Shown here piece by piece: positions 48,859 to 58,062 of a stretch of 64,000 nucleotides of DNA. The DNA is from Candidatus Margulisiibacteriota bacterium (GTDB lineage: Bacteria; Margulisbacteria; WOR-1; O2-12-FULL-45-9). The position numbers and the translations under genes are program-made. Location of the stretch: the NCBI GenBank assembly GCA_043816785.1, contig JBDRHP010000020.1, forward strand, positions 1 through 64,000, given 5' to 3'. The notes under the pieces were generated by a model that was not told the origin of the DNA, did not search any database, and saw nothing but the letters and a program-made list of their open reading frames with translations. The stretch's first letter is position 1. Every line of letters begins with the position of its first letter.

Positions 48859-49472
48859 AGAAGATAAGAATGAAGGGTAAGACGGTTGACGAGGCTGTAG
48901 CTGCAGCCCTGCAGGTTTTAGGAGGCGAAAAAGACAAGGCTAAGGTCACAGTCATTTCTGAGGGAAAACCGGCGATGCTGGGAGTGTTGGGCGGCGCAGA
49001 CGCTGAAGTTGAGGTTGCTCTGTCAGAAGGCTTAGCAGAAGACGCTAGAAAGGTGTTGCAGGAGATCCTGGATAAGATGGTATTTATGGCTATGGTCGAA
49101 GGCAGCTTGGAGGGCGATCGGGTTGAGCTTAAAATAAAAGGCGAGGATATGGGCAGGATAATTGGGAAAGAGGGCGCCACGCTTCGATGCCTTGAGATCA
49201 TTGTTGGCTCCATCCTTGGACGGCAGTACGGAGAGCGAGTAAGGGTAGGGATTGATGCTGATGGGTATAAGGATAAGCGCAATCAGGCTTTTGAACGGCT
49301 GGCAAAGGAAGCAGCCAAGGAAGTGGCGGAAACAAAACAAGAGAAGGTTCTGCCGCCGATGAATGCCGCGGACCGAAGGATTATTCATCTTAGTCTTCAG
49401 GATGACGCTGGTGTAACTACCTACAGCAAAGGCGAGGGTAGGGACCGTAGATTGGTCATAGCCCCCAAATAA
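48855..49472 (+). CDS. jag: Jag/KhpB RNA-binding protein (Jag_N, KH, R3H)
   Basis: GKTVDEAV, IIGKEGATL and MNAADRRIIH motifs. Confidence 0.93.
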   Translation: MKKIRMKGKTVDEAVAAALQVLGGEKDKAKVTVISEGKPAMLGVLGGADAEVEVALSEGLAEDARKVLQEILDKMVFMAMVEGSLEGDRVELKIKGEDMGRIIGKEGATLRCLEIIVGSILGRQYGERVRVGIDADGYKDKRNQAFERLAKEAAKEVAETKQEKVLPPMNAADRRIIHLSLQDDAGVTTYSKGEGRDRRLVIAPK

Positions 49473-49478
49473 CAGAGA

Positions 49479-50861
49479 ATGTTTCACGTGAAACATAGTG
49501 ATACAATTGCCGCAATTGCTACGCCGCTAGGAGTTGGTGGGGTGGGGATTATCCGGGTAAGCGGAAAGGGGTCGCTAGCTTTACTTCAACAACTATTTTC
49601 CCCATCAAACGGAGACAAGGCTGAGAGCCATCGCATGATCCATGGCTGGCTGGCAGAACCAGAGAGTGGGCAAAAGATCGATGAGATCCTGGCTTGTTAC
49701 ATGAAATCCCCCAAAAGCTATACTGGAGAAGACATTGTTGAGTTCTATTGTCATGGCGGCATGGCTGTTCTTCAACGCGCGCTCAAAGCCCTGATTTCTG
49801 CTGGCGCCAGGCAGGCCCAAAAGGGCGAATTCACTAAGCGGGCATTTCTGAATGGCCGGCTTGACCTGGCCCAGGCTGAGGCTGTTTTAGACTTAATAAA
49901 GGCCGGGACTGAGGTTGGGGCTGGGTATGCTGTTGGACAGCTGGAAGGCAGACTTTCAAGGGTCATCGCCGGTCTTAGAGCCATGTTGGTGAGTGCGCAA
50001 GCAGAGCTTGAGGCAGCCATTGACTTTTCTGATGATTTGCCTGACTTTGATGGGCGATCCCTTGCTGCCAGGCTTCTTCAAATCAGCCAGGATATGGCTG
50101 GCTTAATTCGCTCTGCTTCAGGTGGTCGGCTATTCAGGCAAGGACTTGCTATGGCAATTGTTGGCAAGCCCAATGTGGGCAAGTCAAGCCTGCTCAACGC
50201 GCTGTTGGGCGAGGATCGGGCGTTGGTTGCGGGCACACCAGGCACAACTCGCGATACTATTATCGAAAGTATAGACCTTAACGGGCTTCCTGTAAGGTTA
50301 ATTGATACAGCTGGGCTGCGCAAGGCAGAAGACGGAGTAGAAAAGCTGGGGGTTGAACGGACTTCCCGGGAGATAGACAGTGCTGATGTTGTCTTGGTTA
50401 TGGTCGATGCGTCCTCTGGGCTTGACAGCCTGGACAAAGAGGTTATCCACAGGACAGCTGGAGCCAGGGGAGTGATTGTTTTAAACAAAATTGACCTCGG
50501 CTTAAAGGCAAATCTTGGGTCCTTGTCTGATGAGATAAAGGGCTGGCCTGTTTTCCAAACCTCGGCACTTTATGGTCAGGGAATCAACGAGCTCAAGGCC
50601 GGCATTTTCAGCTATGTTTCTTCTTGGGCTGAAATAAAGGGCAAAGATTACATTATGGTTAACGCACGCCACAGGGAGTGCCTGGTTAGGGCTAATGAGG
50701 CCTTGGCCCGGGCACAGCAGGCATATTTGGACGGAATGGCCGTTGACCTTGTTGCGATCGATCTCAAAGAAACAATTCTGGCTCTTGGCGAGGTTTCAGG
50801 CGAGCTGGTTTCCGAGGAAGTAATCAATGAGATCTTTAACCAGTTCTGTGTTGGGAAATAA
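49479..50861 (+). CDS. mnmE: tRNA modification GTPase
   Basis: DTIAAIAT, GEFTKRAFLNG, GKPNVGKSS, GTTRD, DTAG and FCVGK motifs. Confidence 0.97.
   Translation: MFHVKHSDTIAAIATPLGVGGVGIIRVSGKGSLALLQQLFSPSNGDKAESHRMIHGWLAEPESGQKIDEILACYMKSPKSYTGEDIVEFYCHGGMAVLQRALKALISAGARQAQKGEFTKRAFLNGRLDLAQAEAVLDLIKAGTEVGAGYAVGQLEGRLSRVIAGLRAMLVSAQAELEAAIDFSDDLPDFDGRSLAARLLQISQDMAGLIRSASGGRLFRQGLAMAIVGKPNVGKSSLLNALLGEDRALVAGTPGTTRDTIIESIDLNGLPVRLIDTAGLRKAEDGVEKLGVERTSREIDSADVVLVMVDASSGLDSLDKEVIHRTAGARGVIVLNKIDLGLKANLGSLSDEIKGWPVFQTSALYGQGINELKAGIFSYVSSWAEIKGKDYIMVNARHRECLVRANEALARAQQAYLDGMAVDLVAIDLKETILALGEVSGELVSEEVINEIFNQFCVGK
49480..49495. promoter_or_regulatory. parS site overlapping the mnmE start
   Basis: TGTTTCACGTGAAACA. 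Confidence 0.9.
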
Positions 50862-50867
50862 AATGGC

Positions 50868-50889
50868 TGTGGATAAGGAGTGTGGATAA
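50868..50889. promoter_or_regulatory. Two perfect DnaA boxes flanking the folD ribosome-binding site
   Basis: TGTGGATAA-ggag-TGTGGATAA. Confidence 0.8.
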
Positions 50890-50892
50890 CTT

Positions 50893-51744
50893 ATGGCTCA
50901 AATAATTAATGGGAAAGTGATTGCAACCAAGATCCGGGAGGGGCTGGCTGATGAGGTTGAGTCTTTTATAAAAGAAACTGGTGTCAGCCCAAAGCTCTCC
51001 GTTGTTTTAGTTGGAGACGACCCGGCCTCCCATGTCTACGTTCGGAGCAAGGAAAATGCTTGTCAAAAGGCGGGGATGATTGGCGAAACGCACCGTTTGT
51101 CAGCAAACATTAAGCAAAATGAGCTAAACGAACTGGTTCGCAGGCTTAATAAGGATAGGTCAGTCCATGGCATCTTGGTACAGCTACCTTTGCCTAAACA
51201 CTTGGATCCAATAGCTGCGTTAAATGAGATCTCTCCAGAGAAGGATGTTGACGGCTTGCACCCTTTAAATATGGGGAAACTATTAAGAGGGGATGATCCG
51301 CTGTTTATTCCCTGTACTGCTCATGGCATTATGGAGCTCATCTTGTCCACAGGGGTTGAGATCAAGGGCAAAGAGGCGGTTGTTGTTGGCAGAAGCAATA
51401 TTGTTGGCAAGCCAGTTGCGCTTTTGCTGCTTCAGCAGCATGCAACAGTAACAATTTGCCATTCCAGGACTAAAGATCTGGGTGAGGTTGTCAAAAGAGC
51501 GGATATTTTAGTGGCTTCGGTCGGCTCTCCAGGCATAATTCATGGAAATATGGTCAAAAATGGGGCAATTGTCATTGATGTAGGCGTTAATCGCGTTGGG
51601 GATAAGTTACAGGGAGATGTTGACTTTGACTCAGCTAAAGATAAGGCCGCTTATATTACTCCTGTTCCAGGAGGGGTAGGGCCAATGACCATTGCGATGT
51701 TGCTTAAAAATACGTTAATTGCCGCAAAGAACGCACAGAAATAG
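50893..51744 (+). CDS. folD: Methylenetetrahydrofolate dehydrogenase/cyclohydrolase
   Basis: GILVQLPLP, KDVDG, GRSNIVGKP and TPVPGGVGPMT motifs. Confidence 0.97.
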   Translation: MAQIINGKVIATKIREGLADEVESFIKETGVSPKLSVVLVGDDPASHVYVRSKENACQKAGMIGETHRLSANIKQNELNELVRRLNKDRSVHGILVQLPLPKHLDPIAALNEISPEKDVDGLHPLNMGKLLRGDDPLFIPCTAHGIMELILSTGVEIKGKEAVVVGRSNIVGKPVALLLLQQHATVTICHSRTKDLGEVVKRADILVASVGSPGIIHGNMVKNGAIVIDVGVNRVGDKLQGDVDFDSAKDKAAYITPVPGGVGPMTIAMLLKNTLIAAKNAQK

Positions 51745-51745
51745 G

Positions 51746-52792
51746 TTATTTTGCCAAAATCCTGATCAAATCGTTGACAGTTAGTACTGCCAGGAGCCCT
51801 AAAAGGGCGAATAGTCCTACATAATGAAACTTATTTTCCAGCTCAAGGGGTATTGCTTTGTGCCTAATGGCCTCAATAAGTACGAAAAACAGCCTTCCCC
51901 CGTCCAAAGCAGGGATTGGCAGCAGGTTTAGGACCGCCACATTGACACTAAAGAAGGCCAGGAAGCTAAGCAGGGACAAGACCCCGTGGCTGGCGTATTG
52001 GCCGGTGATCTGGGCAATGCCAACCGGGCCGGCCAGGTCAAACAGGGATATCCCACCCGTAAGCAGCTTGCCAACCAGGGTCAGTATCATCAGGCTTAGG
52101 CTGGCGGTTTGCAGGAAGCCTTTATATATGGCGGTCAGAGGGCCAACCTTTTCATAAATAGCTTTAAGCGAGAAACCGATCAGGCCGATCTTCATCTTCT
52201 TGTTTAGTTTTGGGGTGGCTTTAATTAATATTTTTTTGCCAGCCCGATCAATGCTCAGGGTTAACTCTATATCAGGGTTTTCATGGATCGTTTTAACCGC
52301 TTCTTCCGGGTCTGAGTATTCTTTGCCATTGATCGCCAGCAAACGGTCGCCAGATTTTAAGCCCACTTTGGCAGCTTCAGAGCCAGGGCTGATCGCAGAA
52401 AGTTCATTGGAAATGCCAATTGGAACACCAATGATCATAAAAGTAAAACTAAAAACCAGAAAGCCCAAAATGAGGTTCATTAAAGCGCCAGCAAAGATCG
52501 GCATGAATTTTTGGGAGGTTTTTTTGTTAAAGAATTTTTGATCTTCTGGAATTTCTTTATCTTGGTCTTCATCCGCATCCAGGCCCGCAATTTTAACATA
52601 GCCAAGAATGGGCAAAATATTGATCTTATATGTTGTGTTGTTTTTGCTAAAAGAAAAGATCGTTGGCCCAAAACCTAGGCCAAATTCTGGGACCGCGATG
52701 CCGGCTCGTTTGGCAAAAACCAGATGACCAAATTCATGCGCCAAAGTGATAACCGTAAAAACAAAGATAAAAGAAAGGATCGTTAATAGCAT
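51746..52792 (-). CDS. rseP: RIP metalloprotease (M50 with PDZ)
   Basis: HEFGH, GFGP and NLLPIPALDGG motifs. Confidence 0.93.
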   Translation of the reverse strand: MLLTILSFIFVFTVITLAHEFGHLVFAKRAGIAVPEFGLGFGPTIFSFSKNNTTYKINILPILGYVKIAGLDADEDQDKEIPEDQKFFNKKTSQKFMPIFAGALMNLILGFLVFSFTFMIIGVPIGISNELSAISPGSEAAKVGLKSGDRLLAINGKEYSDPEEAVKTIHENPDIELTLSIDRAGKKILIKATPKLNKKMKIGLIGFSLKAIYEKVGPLTAIYKGFLQTASLSLMILTLVGKLLTGGISLFDLAGPVGIAQITGQYASHGVLSLLSFLAFFSVNVAVLNLLPIPALDGGRLFFVLIEAIRHKAIPLELENKFHYVGLFALLGLLAVLTVNDLIRILAK

Positions 52793-53706
52793 GCTTTTTC
52801 AACCTCCTCAGAAAGTTTTTGTGCCTGATAAGCGTCCTCCAAAGTGACCTTTGGTGGAGAGTTTGATTTGATTGCTTTGATAAAATCAGCCAGCTCGGCT
52901 GAGAGTTGGTCAAAGCTTTTTGTGTGGTGAACGCTGGGAATATGATGCTGCAGATCGCGCAGATAAACGCGCCTGTTTAAGAGGTCGGCTTCGAACATGC
53001 CGTTCTCAGTTGTAACTGTGATTTTTCGCGTCTTTATGCCAAAAACTCGGTCTGACTCAACCTTGGCAATGATGCCTGATTGATAAAAAATCGTAGCTGA
53101 AACCTTGTCGAGTTTTTTGGTTTTTACCTTCTCGCCTTTGGCCTTTAAACTTTCGATTTCTTCTTGCGGCAGCAGCTTAAGCAAGAGGTCCAGGTCATGG
53201 ATCATCATATCCTGGATAACATTGGTGTCAGAGATCCTGGCAGGGAAGGGACTGAAGCGATTGAAGTGCAGGCCAATGATCTTTTCTTTCTTGATCAGCT
53301 TACAAAGCTCCTGAAAGGCTGGGTTAAATCTTTCAATTAGGCCAACTGCGGCGATCACGTTTTTGGCTTTTGCTTGCTCAACCAGCTGCAGGCCCTGGTC
53401 AGAATTTTCTGCCAAAGGTTTTTCAATTAAGATGTTTTTGCCAGCGTTTAAACAATCAGTGGCGATCGCAAAATGGGTTGAAGTTGGGGCTGCGATAATT
53501 ATTGCATCAACCAAAGGCAGCATTTCCTGGTAATTATTAAAAGCAGTTGTGCCAAAACGGACCGCGGTTTGTTTGGCTTTTTCTTGATCAAGATCAGTTA
53601 CTGCGAAAAGTTGAACCCCAGGTAAGCTGGAAATGGTGCGCGCATGATGTTGGCCCATGATGCCCAGCCCAATTACTCCAAGCTTTAAGCCACGGCCCTT
53701 ATTCAT
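52783..53706 (-). CDS. Gfo/Idh/MocA oxidoreductase (GnnA-like)
   Basis: GLGIMG, EKP, ERFNPA and DMMIHDLD motifs. Confidence 0.85.
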   Translation of the reverse strand: MNKGRGLKLGVIGLGIMGQHHARTISSLPGVQLFAVTDLDQEKAKQTAVRFGTTAFNNYQEMLPLVDAIIIAAPTSTHFAIATDCLNAGKNILIEKPLAENSDQGLQLVEQAKAKNVIAAVGLIERFNPAFQELCKLIKKEKIIGLHFNRFSPFPARISDTNVIQDMMIHDLDLLLKLLPQEEIESLKAKGEKVKTKKLDKVSATIFYQSGIIAKVESDRVFGIKTRKITVTTENGMFEADLLNRRVYLRDLQHHIPSVHHTKSFDQLSAELADFIKAIKSNSPPKVTLEDAYQAQKLSEEVEKACY

Positions 53707-54809
53707 TTCTTATAAAATGCCTTGATAGTGCTGGCCGCTTCTGCTCGCTCGGCCTCTGTGAGCTCAGGGAAGATCGGCAGGGAGAGGACCTCATCTTGGG
53801 CAGCCTCGCTGGCTGGGAAATCGCCCAATTTATGCCCCAGCTGGGCAAAGGCTTTTTGCAGGTGGAGTGAAAGGGGGTAATAAACCATAGCGCCAACGCC
53901 TTTGTCTTTTAAATAGCCAAAGAGTTTGTCGCGATTCTTGACCCGGATAGTGTATTGGTTGTATACGTGGACTGAGTTGGGTCGCTCAATTGGCAGCGTG
54001 ATCTCTGGTAGGTCCTTAAGCTCTTGTGCGTAAAATGTGGCATTTTTCCTTCTCTTATACGAAAAATCGGCTAAATATGGCAGTTTAGCCAGGATAACGG
54101 CGGCCTGAAGCGCATCAAGCCGGCTGTTATAACCGATCAGATCATAGTGATAGGTCTTTCTGCTGCCATGTCCACGAAGTACTTTAATTTCTTCAGCCAC
54201 AGCATCATCGTTGGTGGTAATGGCGCCTCCATCTCCGAAACATCCCAGGTTCTTGGTTGGGAAGAAGGAAAAACAGCCAGCTGTGCCAAGTGACCCAACT
54301 TTTTGTCCTTCGCTTTCCGCGCCGATGGCCTGGGCCGCGTCTTCTATGACCTTTATGCCGTGTTTTTGGCTAATTTGGAGGATTTTTTCCATATTGCTGG
54401 CCTGACCGTAAAGGTGGACCGGCAGGATCGCGGTTGTCTTTTTTGTAAGCTTGGCCTCGATCTGGGCAGGGTCAAGATTAAACGTTTCTGGCTCTATGTC
54501 AACAAAAACAGGCGTGGCCCCGCAATAGCTGATGGCTTCGGCAGTTGCTACAAAAGTAAAGGGAGAGGAAATGACCTCATCGCCTGGTTTAACCCCGCAA
54601 GCGCGCAAAGCCAGGTGGAGGGCATCAGTGCCAGAGGCTACGCCAATGGCATGCTTGGTGCCGCAAAAAGATGCCAGCTCTTTTTCAAAGGCTGCAACAG
54701 CTTCTCCTAGAATAAAGTGGCCGGACTTAATAACCTCTGCAACGGCTTGGTCAAGCTGGTCTTTGACAGCCTGATTTTGTCTGGTGATGTTAAAAAATGG
54801 AACTGACAT
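53703..54809 (-). CDS. DegT/DnrJ aminotransferase (GnnB/WbpE-like)
   Basis: SGTDAL, EDAAQA, SFFPTKNLG..GDGG and GYNSRLD motifs. Confidence 0.9.
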   Translation of the reverse strand: MSVPFFNITRQNQAVKDQLDQAVAEVIKSGHFILGEAVAAFEKELASFCGTKHAIGVASGTDALHLALRACGVKPGDEVISSPFTFVATAEAISYCGATPVFVDIEPETFNLDPAQIEAKLTKKTTAILPVHLYGQASNMEKILQISQKHGIKVIEDAAQAIGAESEGQKVGSLGTAGCFSFFPTKNLGCFGDGGAITTNDDAVAEEIKVLRGHGSRKTYHYDLIGYNSRLDALQAAVILAKLPYLADFSYKRRKNATFYAQELKDLPEITLPIERPNSVHVYNQYTIRVKNRDKLFGYLKDKGVGAMVYYPLSLHLQKAFAQLGHKLGDFPASEAAQDEVLSLPIFPELTEAERAEAASTIKAFYKK

Positions 54810-54857
54810 AACAAGAAATATTATATCACCTTTTATTAGGACGAGGAAGCAAAAAAA

Positions 54858-56000
54858 CTAGAGCGAGGCAAACTCAATTATTTTTTTTGCGCAGCGCGAG
54901 ATAACGCCGGGTGAACCAAGCGTATTTTGCAGTTTTTCAAAAGAAGCCTTCATTTTTTCCTGGCGTGCGCCATCCCTAAGAATGGCTACTGCTTCTTCCG
55001 CGATCCTAGTGGGATTGGCCTCTTCCATAACCAGCTCAGGAATGACTTTTTCTTCTAGCAAGAGATTGGGCATGCTGAAGTAGGGCAGTTTTTCGCCGAT
55101 CTTTAGAACATATTTTCCAAGAAAATAGGTCAAAGGATTTAGTTTATATACCATAATGTTTGGAGTTCCCAGGATTGAGGCTTCAAGGTTGATTGTTCCA
55201 GAAGTGCAGATTGCCAGGTCGGAGGCGGCCAGGATATCATAAGTATGGCCCACCACAGCTTTAGGCCGAAAATCTTCGATCAAACCAAAGATCTGTTTGA
55301 TCGTATCAGTGGAAGCTGCTGGAATTACGAACTTGGCTTCTGGAATTGCTTGCTGGATCAGCTTCCCGGCTTTTAACAAGATGGGAAATAACCCTTTGAT
55401 CTCTTGGGTGCGGCTGCCCGGGCAAATAGAAATAACTGGGCCGGACACGTCGCCTAACAATTGCTTTCTGGCCTCATCCCTGGACAAGGTTGGTTTGACA
55501 ATATCAACCAGCGGGTGGCCGGAATAAGCAACATTAGCGCCGTGAAGCTTGTAGATCTCGTTCTCTTTTTCAAAAATAGCAATGATCTGGTCGAGTGTGC
55601 TGGCGACCTTTTTTACGCCGCGCGGTGTGCCCCAGAGCCATTCTTGCGGGGCAATATAATAAACTGTTTTAATGCCCAGTTTTTTAGCGGCTTTGGCCAG
55701 TGGCATGTTGATCCCCTGTGAGTCAATAAGTAAAAGCAGGTCTGGCTTTTCTTTTTTCATCAGGGCAACCATTTTTAGGTAGGTCAAATAAATTGGGAGA
55801 ACATTGGGCAGGGCCTCAAAAATGCCGATCGAGCCGCGCTTGGTAATATCAAACTTAACGTCAACACCTTCGGCCAGAAGATTTTCGCTGCCCAGGCCAA
55901 AGAAGTAGGCGTCTGGCAAAAGCTTTTTCAGCTCGCGGACCAGATACTTGCCGTGAGCGTCGCCGGAGACCTCTCCGGCAGAAACCATAATTTTTTTCAT
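54858..56000 (-). CDS. lpxB: Lipid-A-disaccharide synthase
   Basis: AGEVSGD, YYIAPQEW, GHPL, PGSR.QE and SGT..LE motifs. Confidence 0.95.
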   Translation of the reverse strand: MKKIMVSAGEVSGDAHGKYLVRELKKLLPDAYFFGLGSENLLAEGVDVKFDITKRGSIGIFEALPNVLPIYLTYLKMVALMKKEKPDLLLLIDSQGINMPLAKAAKKLGIKTVYYIAPQEWLWGTPRGVKKVASTLDQIIAIFEKENEIYKLHGANVAYSGHPLVDIVKPTLSRDEARKQLLGDVSGPVISICPGSRTQEIKGLFPILLKAGKLIQQAIPEAKFVIPAASTDTIKQIFGLIEDFRPKAVVGHTYDILAASDLAICTSGTINLEASILGTPNIMVYKLNPLTYFLGKYVLKIGEKLPYFSMPNLLLEEKVIPELVMEEANPTRIAEEAVAILRDGARQEKMKASFEKLQNTLGSPGVISRCAKKIIEFASL

Positions 56001-57277
56001 ATACCTAATTCCGGTATTTCCGGAATGATCAGCTCGTCTGCTTCCGCCTCAATCGCGGTCTTCTTGGAAATGCCGCGCTTGCTTTCTTCTTCCAAGAAAT
56101 TCACCAGGAGGTCTATTTCCGGCAGGGGCCGCAGCCGTTTTTTTATTTCTTCTGCTGCTTTGGCGGTTGTGTTGCCAGACTCATAGATCAGCTTAAACGC
56201 CTTTTTTATTTCAGCGGTCGCTTCGTTGCTAACGCCGCGGCGCTGCAGACCGATTGAGTTCACCCCTCGGACCTGGGAGGGATTACCGTCGACGATCATG
56301 AAAGGCGGAATGTCCTTTAAGACTTTGGATTGGGCGCCGACCATGGCCAGCCGGCCGATCCTGACAAACTGGTGGATGCCGGCCAGGCCGCCGATAATAG
56401 CCTGGTCGTCGATTTCCGCATAGCCGGCCAGGCCAACATAGCCGCCAACCACAACCTGATTGCCGATCTTGCAATTATGCGGGATGTGGGCATGGACCAT
56501 GATAAAGTTTTCATTGCCAATAATGGTCGCGTTGTTTTCGCCCGAGGGGAGATGGATGGTGACAAACTCGCGGATCAGGTTTTTGTCACCAATAATTACC
56601 TGGCCTTTTTCTCCCTTATATTTGATGTCCTGAGGTGGCGCGGCAATGGAAACGCCTTGGTTGATGACATTGTCTTTGCCAATAGTTGTCCAGCGGTTAA
56701 TGTTGCAGTATGGGCCGATCTTGGTGCCTTGACCGATCTGGACCTCCGGGCCGATAATCGTATACGCGCCAATCTCAACGCCTTTGGCCAATTCAGCTGA
56801 GGGATGAACAACTGCTGTTGGATGGATCTTGGCTCCGCCAGCGCCGTGGTCAACCAGCGAGAAAGTAAAATCGCCTTCACAAGCCAGTTCCCCGTCAACC
56901 AGGGCCTTGCCGTGCATCTTGCCCAAATTGCCTCTAACCCAGATGGTTTCAACCTCAAAGCGCAATTGGTCGCCAGGCACCACTGGTCGTCGGAACCTCA
57001 CATTGTCAATGCCAGCGAAATAAACGATCTTGCCTTCGCTGCCTGCGGAACGCAGGGCCATGATTACACCGGTTTGGGCGATTGCTTCACAGATCAGAAC
57101 TCCCGGCATGATCGGCAGGCTCGGGAAATGCCCCTGAAAAAAAGGCTCATTTATGGTCACGTTCTTTATGGCGACAGCCCGCTTGCCGTCTTCCAGCTCG
57201 ATCACTCGGTCAATCATAATAAAGGGATAGCGATGCGGGAGCACTTTCATTATTTCGTTGATGTCCATCACTGTCAT
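55997..57277 (-). CDS. FabZ-LpxA fusion protein
   Basis: N-half LPHRYPF..GHFP..MPGVL (FabZ); C-half IHPTAVV..PQDIKY..IREFVTIH..HQFVRIG..N.IGL.RRG (LpxA); one frame with no stop. Confidence 0.92.
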   Translation of the reverse strand: MTVMDINEIMKVLPHRYPFIMIDRVIELEDGKRAVAIKNVTINEPFFQGHFPSLPIMPGVLICEAIAQTGVIMALRSAGSEGKIVYFAGIDNVRFRRPVVPGDQLRFEVETIWVRGNLGKMHGKALVDGELACEGDFTFSLVDHGAGGAKIHPTAVVHPSAELAKGVEIGAYTIIGPEVQIGQGTKIGPYCNINRWTTIGKDNVINQGVSIAAPPQDIKYKGEKGQVIIGDKNLIREFVTIHLPSGENNATIIGNENFIMVHAHIPHNCKIGNQVVVGGYVGLAGYAEIDDQAIIGGLAGIHQFVRIGRLAMVGAQSKVLKDIPPFMIVDGNPSQVRGVNSIGLQRRGVSNEATAEIKKAFKLIYESGNTTAKAAEEIKKRLRPLPEIDLLVNFLEEESKRGISKKTAIEAEADELIIPEIPELGI

Positions 57278-58062
57278 TTCTGCGTTAGCCTCCTCACTAG
57301 TTCAATATTCAACTGGTGGCCCGATTTATTTGCCTTGATCCAGGCTTTGAGCGGTTGACCCAGCAGAGCCAGATCACCGATCAGATCCAGGATCTTGTGC
57401 CTGACGAGCTCGTCAGGGAAACGGGGTGGGTTGAGATAGCCATCTTTGCCCAGCACCAGAGCATTGTCAAAGCTTGCTCCGCGTGCCAGCCCCTGCTCCT
57501 TAAGCAACTCGTACTCTTCGATGTAACCAAAAGTGCGGGCCGGCGCGATCCTCTTTTTAAAAGCCTCGTTTTCCAACTCAAAGGAGCAGTGTTGCTCGCC
57601 AATACCTGGAAAGTCTACCATAAAATCGACCTTAAATCCATTGTAGGGCAAGGCTTCCAGCGCAGCTTCCCCGGCGGTTAAGCGGAGGGGTTGTTGCACG
57701 GTCAGGTGATTTTTATTTAGAGTTTGTTCAGCTATGCCGGCTTTCTCCAAGGCTTCGACAAAGGGCAGGGCGCTGCCGTCCATGGCTGGGAGCTCGCCAC
57801 CCTTAATTTCAATTTCTAGATTATCGATGCCTAGGGCAAAAATAGCGGCCAAAAGATGCTCGGTTACCGCAATGCCGTCTAGGGAGGTGCCTCGCTTGGT
57901 TTCTTTTACCTGGTTAACTTTGGCCGGGATCTTTCGTCCTGCCTTGATAAATATTATGCCGCTGTTGGGAGCGGCGGGTGAGACCTGCAGAGAAGTTTGC
58001 TCGCCGGTATGCAGGCCAATTCCAGCGAGCTTAAACGGAGATTTGATAGTTTTTTGTTTCAA
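57274..58062 (-). CDS. lpxC: UDP-3-O-acyl-N-acetylglucosamine deacetylase
   Basis: GIGLHTG, EHLLAA, DGSA, APARTFG and HKILDLIGDL motifs. Confidence 0.96.
   Translation of the reverse strand: MKQKTIKSPFKLAGIGLHTGEQTSLQVSPAAPNSGIIFIKAGRKIPAKVNQVKETKRGTSLDGIAVTEHLLAAIFALGIDNLEIEIKGGELPAMDGSALPFVEALEKAGIAEQTLNKNHLTVQQPLRLTAGEAALEALPYNGFKVDFMVDFPGIGEQHCSFELENEAFKKRIAPARTFGYIEEYELLKEQGLARGASFDNALVLGKDGYLNPPRFPDELVRHKILDLIGDLALLGQPLKAWIKANKSGHQLNIELVRRLTQK

Noticed and set aside
49032..49496. Antisense ORF beginning MFHVKH, like MnmE
   Set aside because: It is an artefact of the palindromic parS and overlaps jag.
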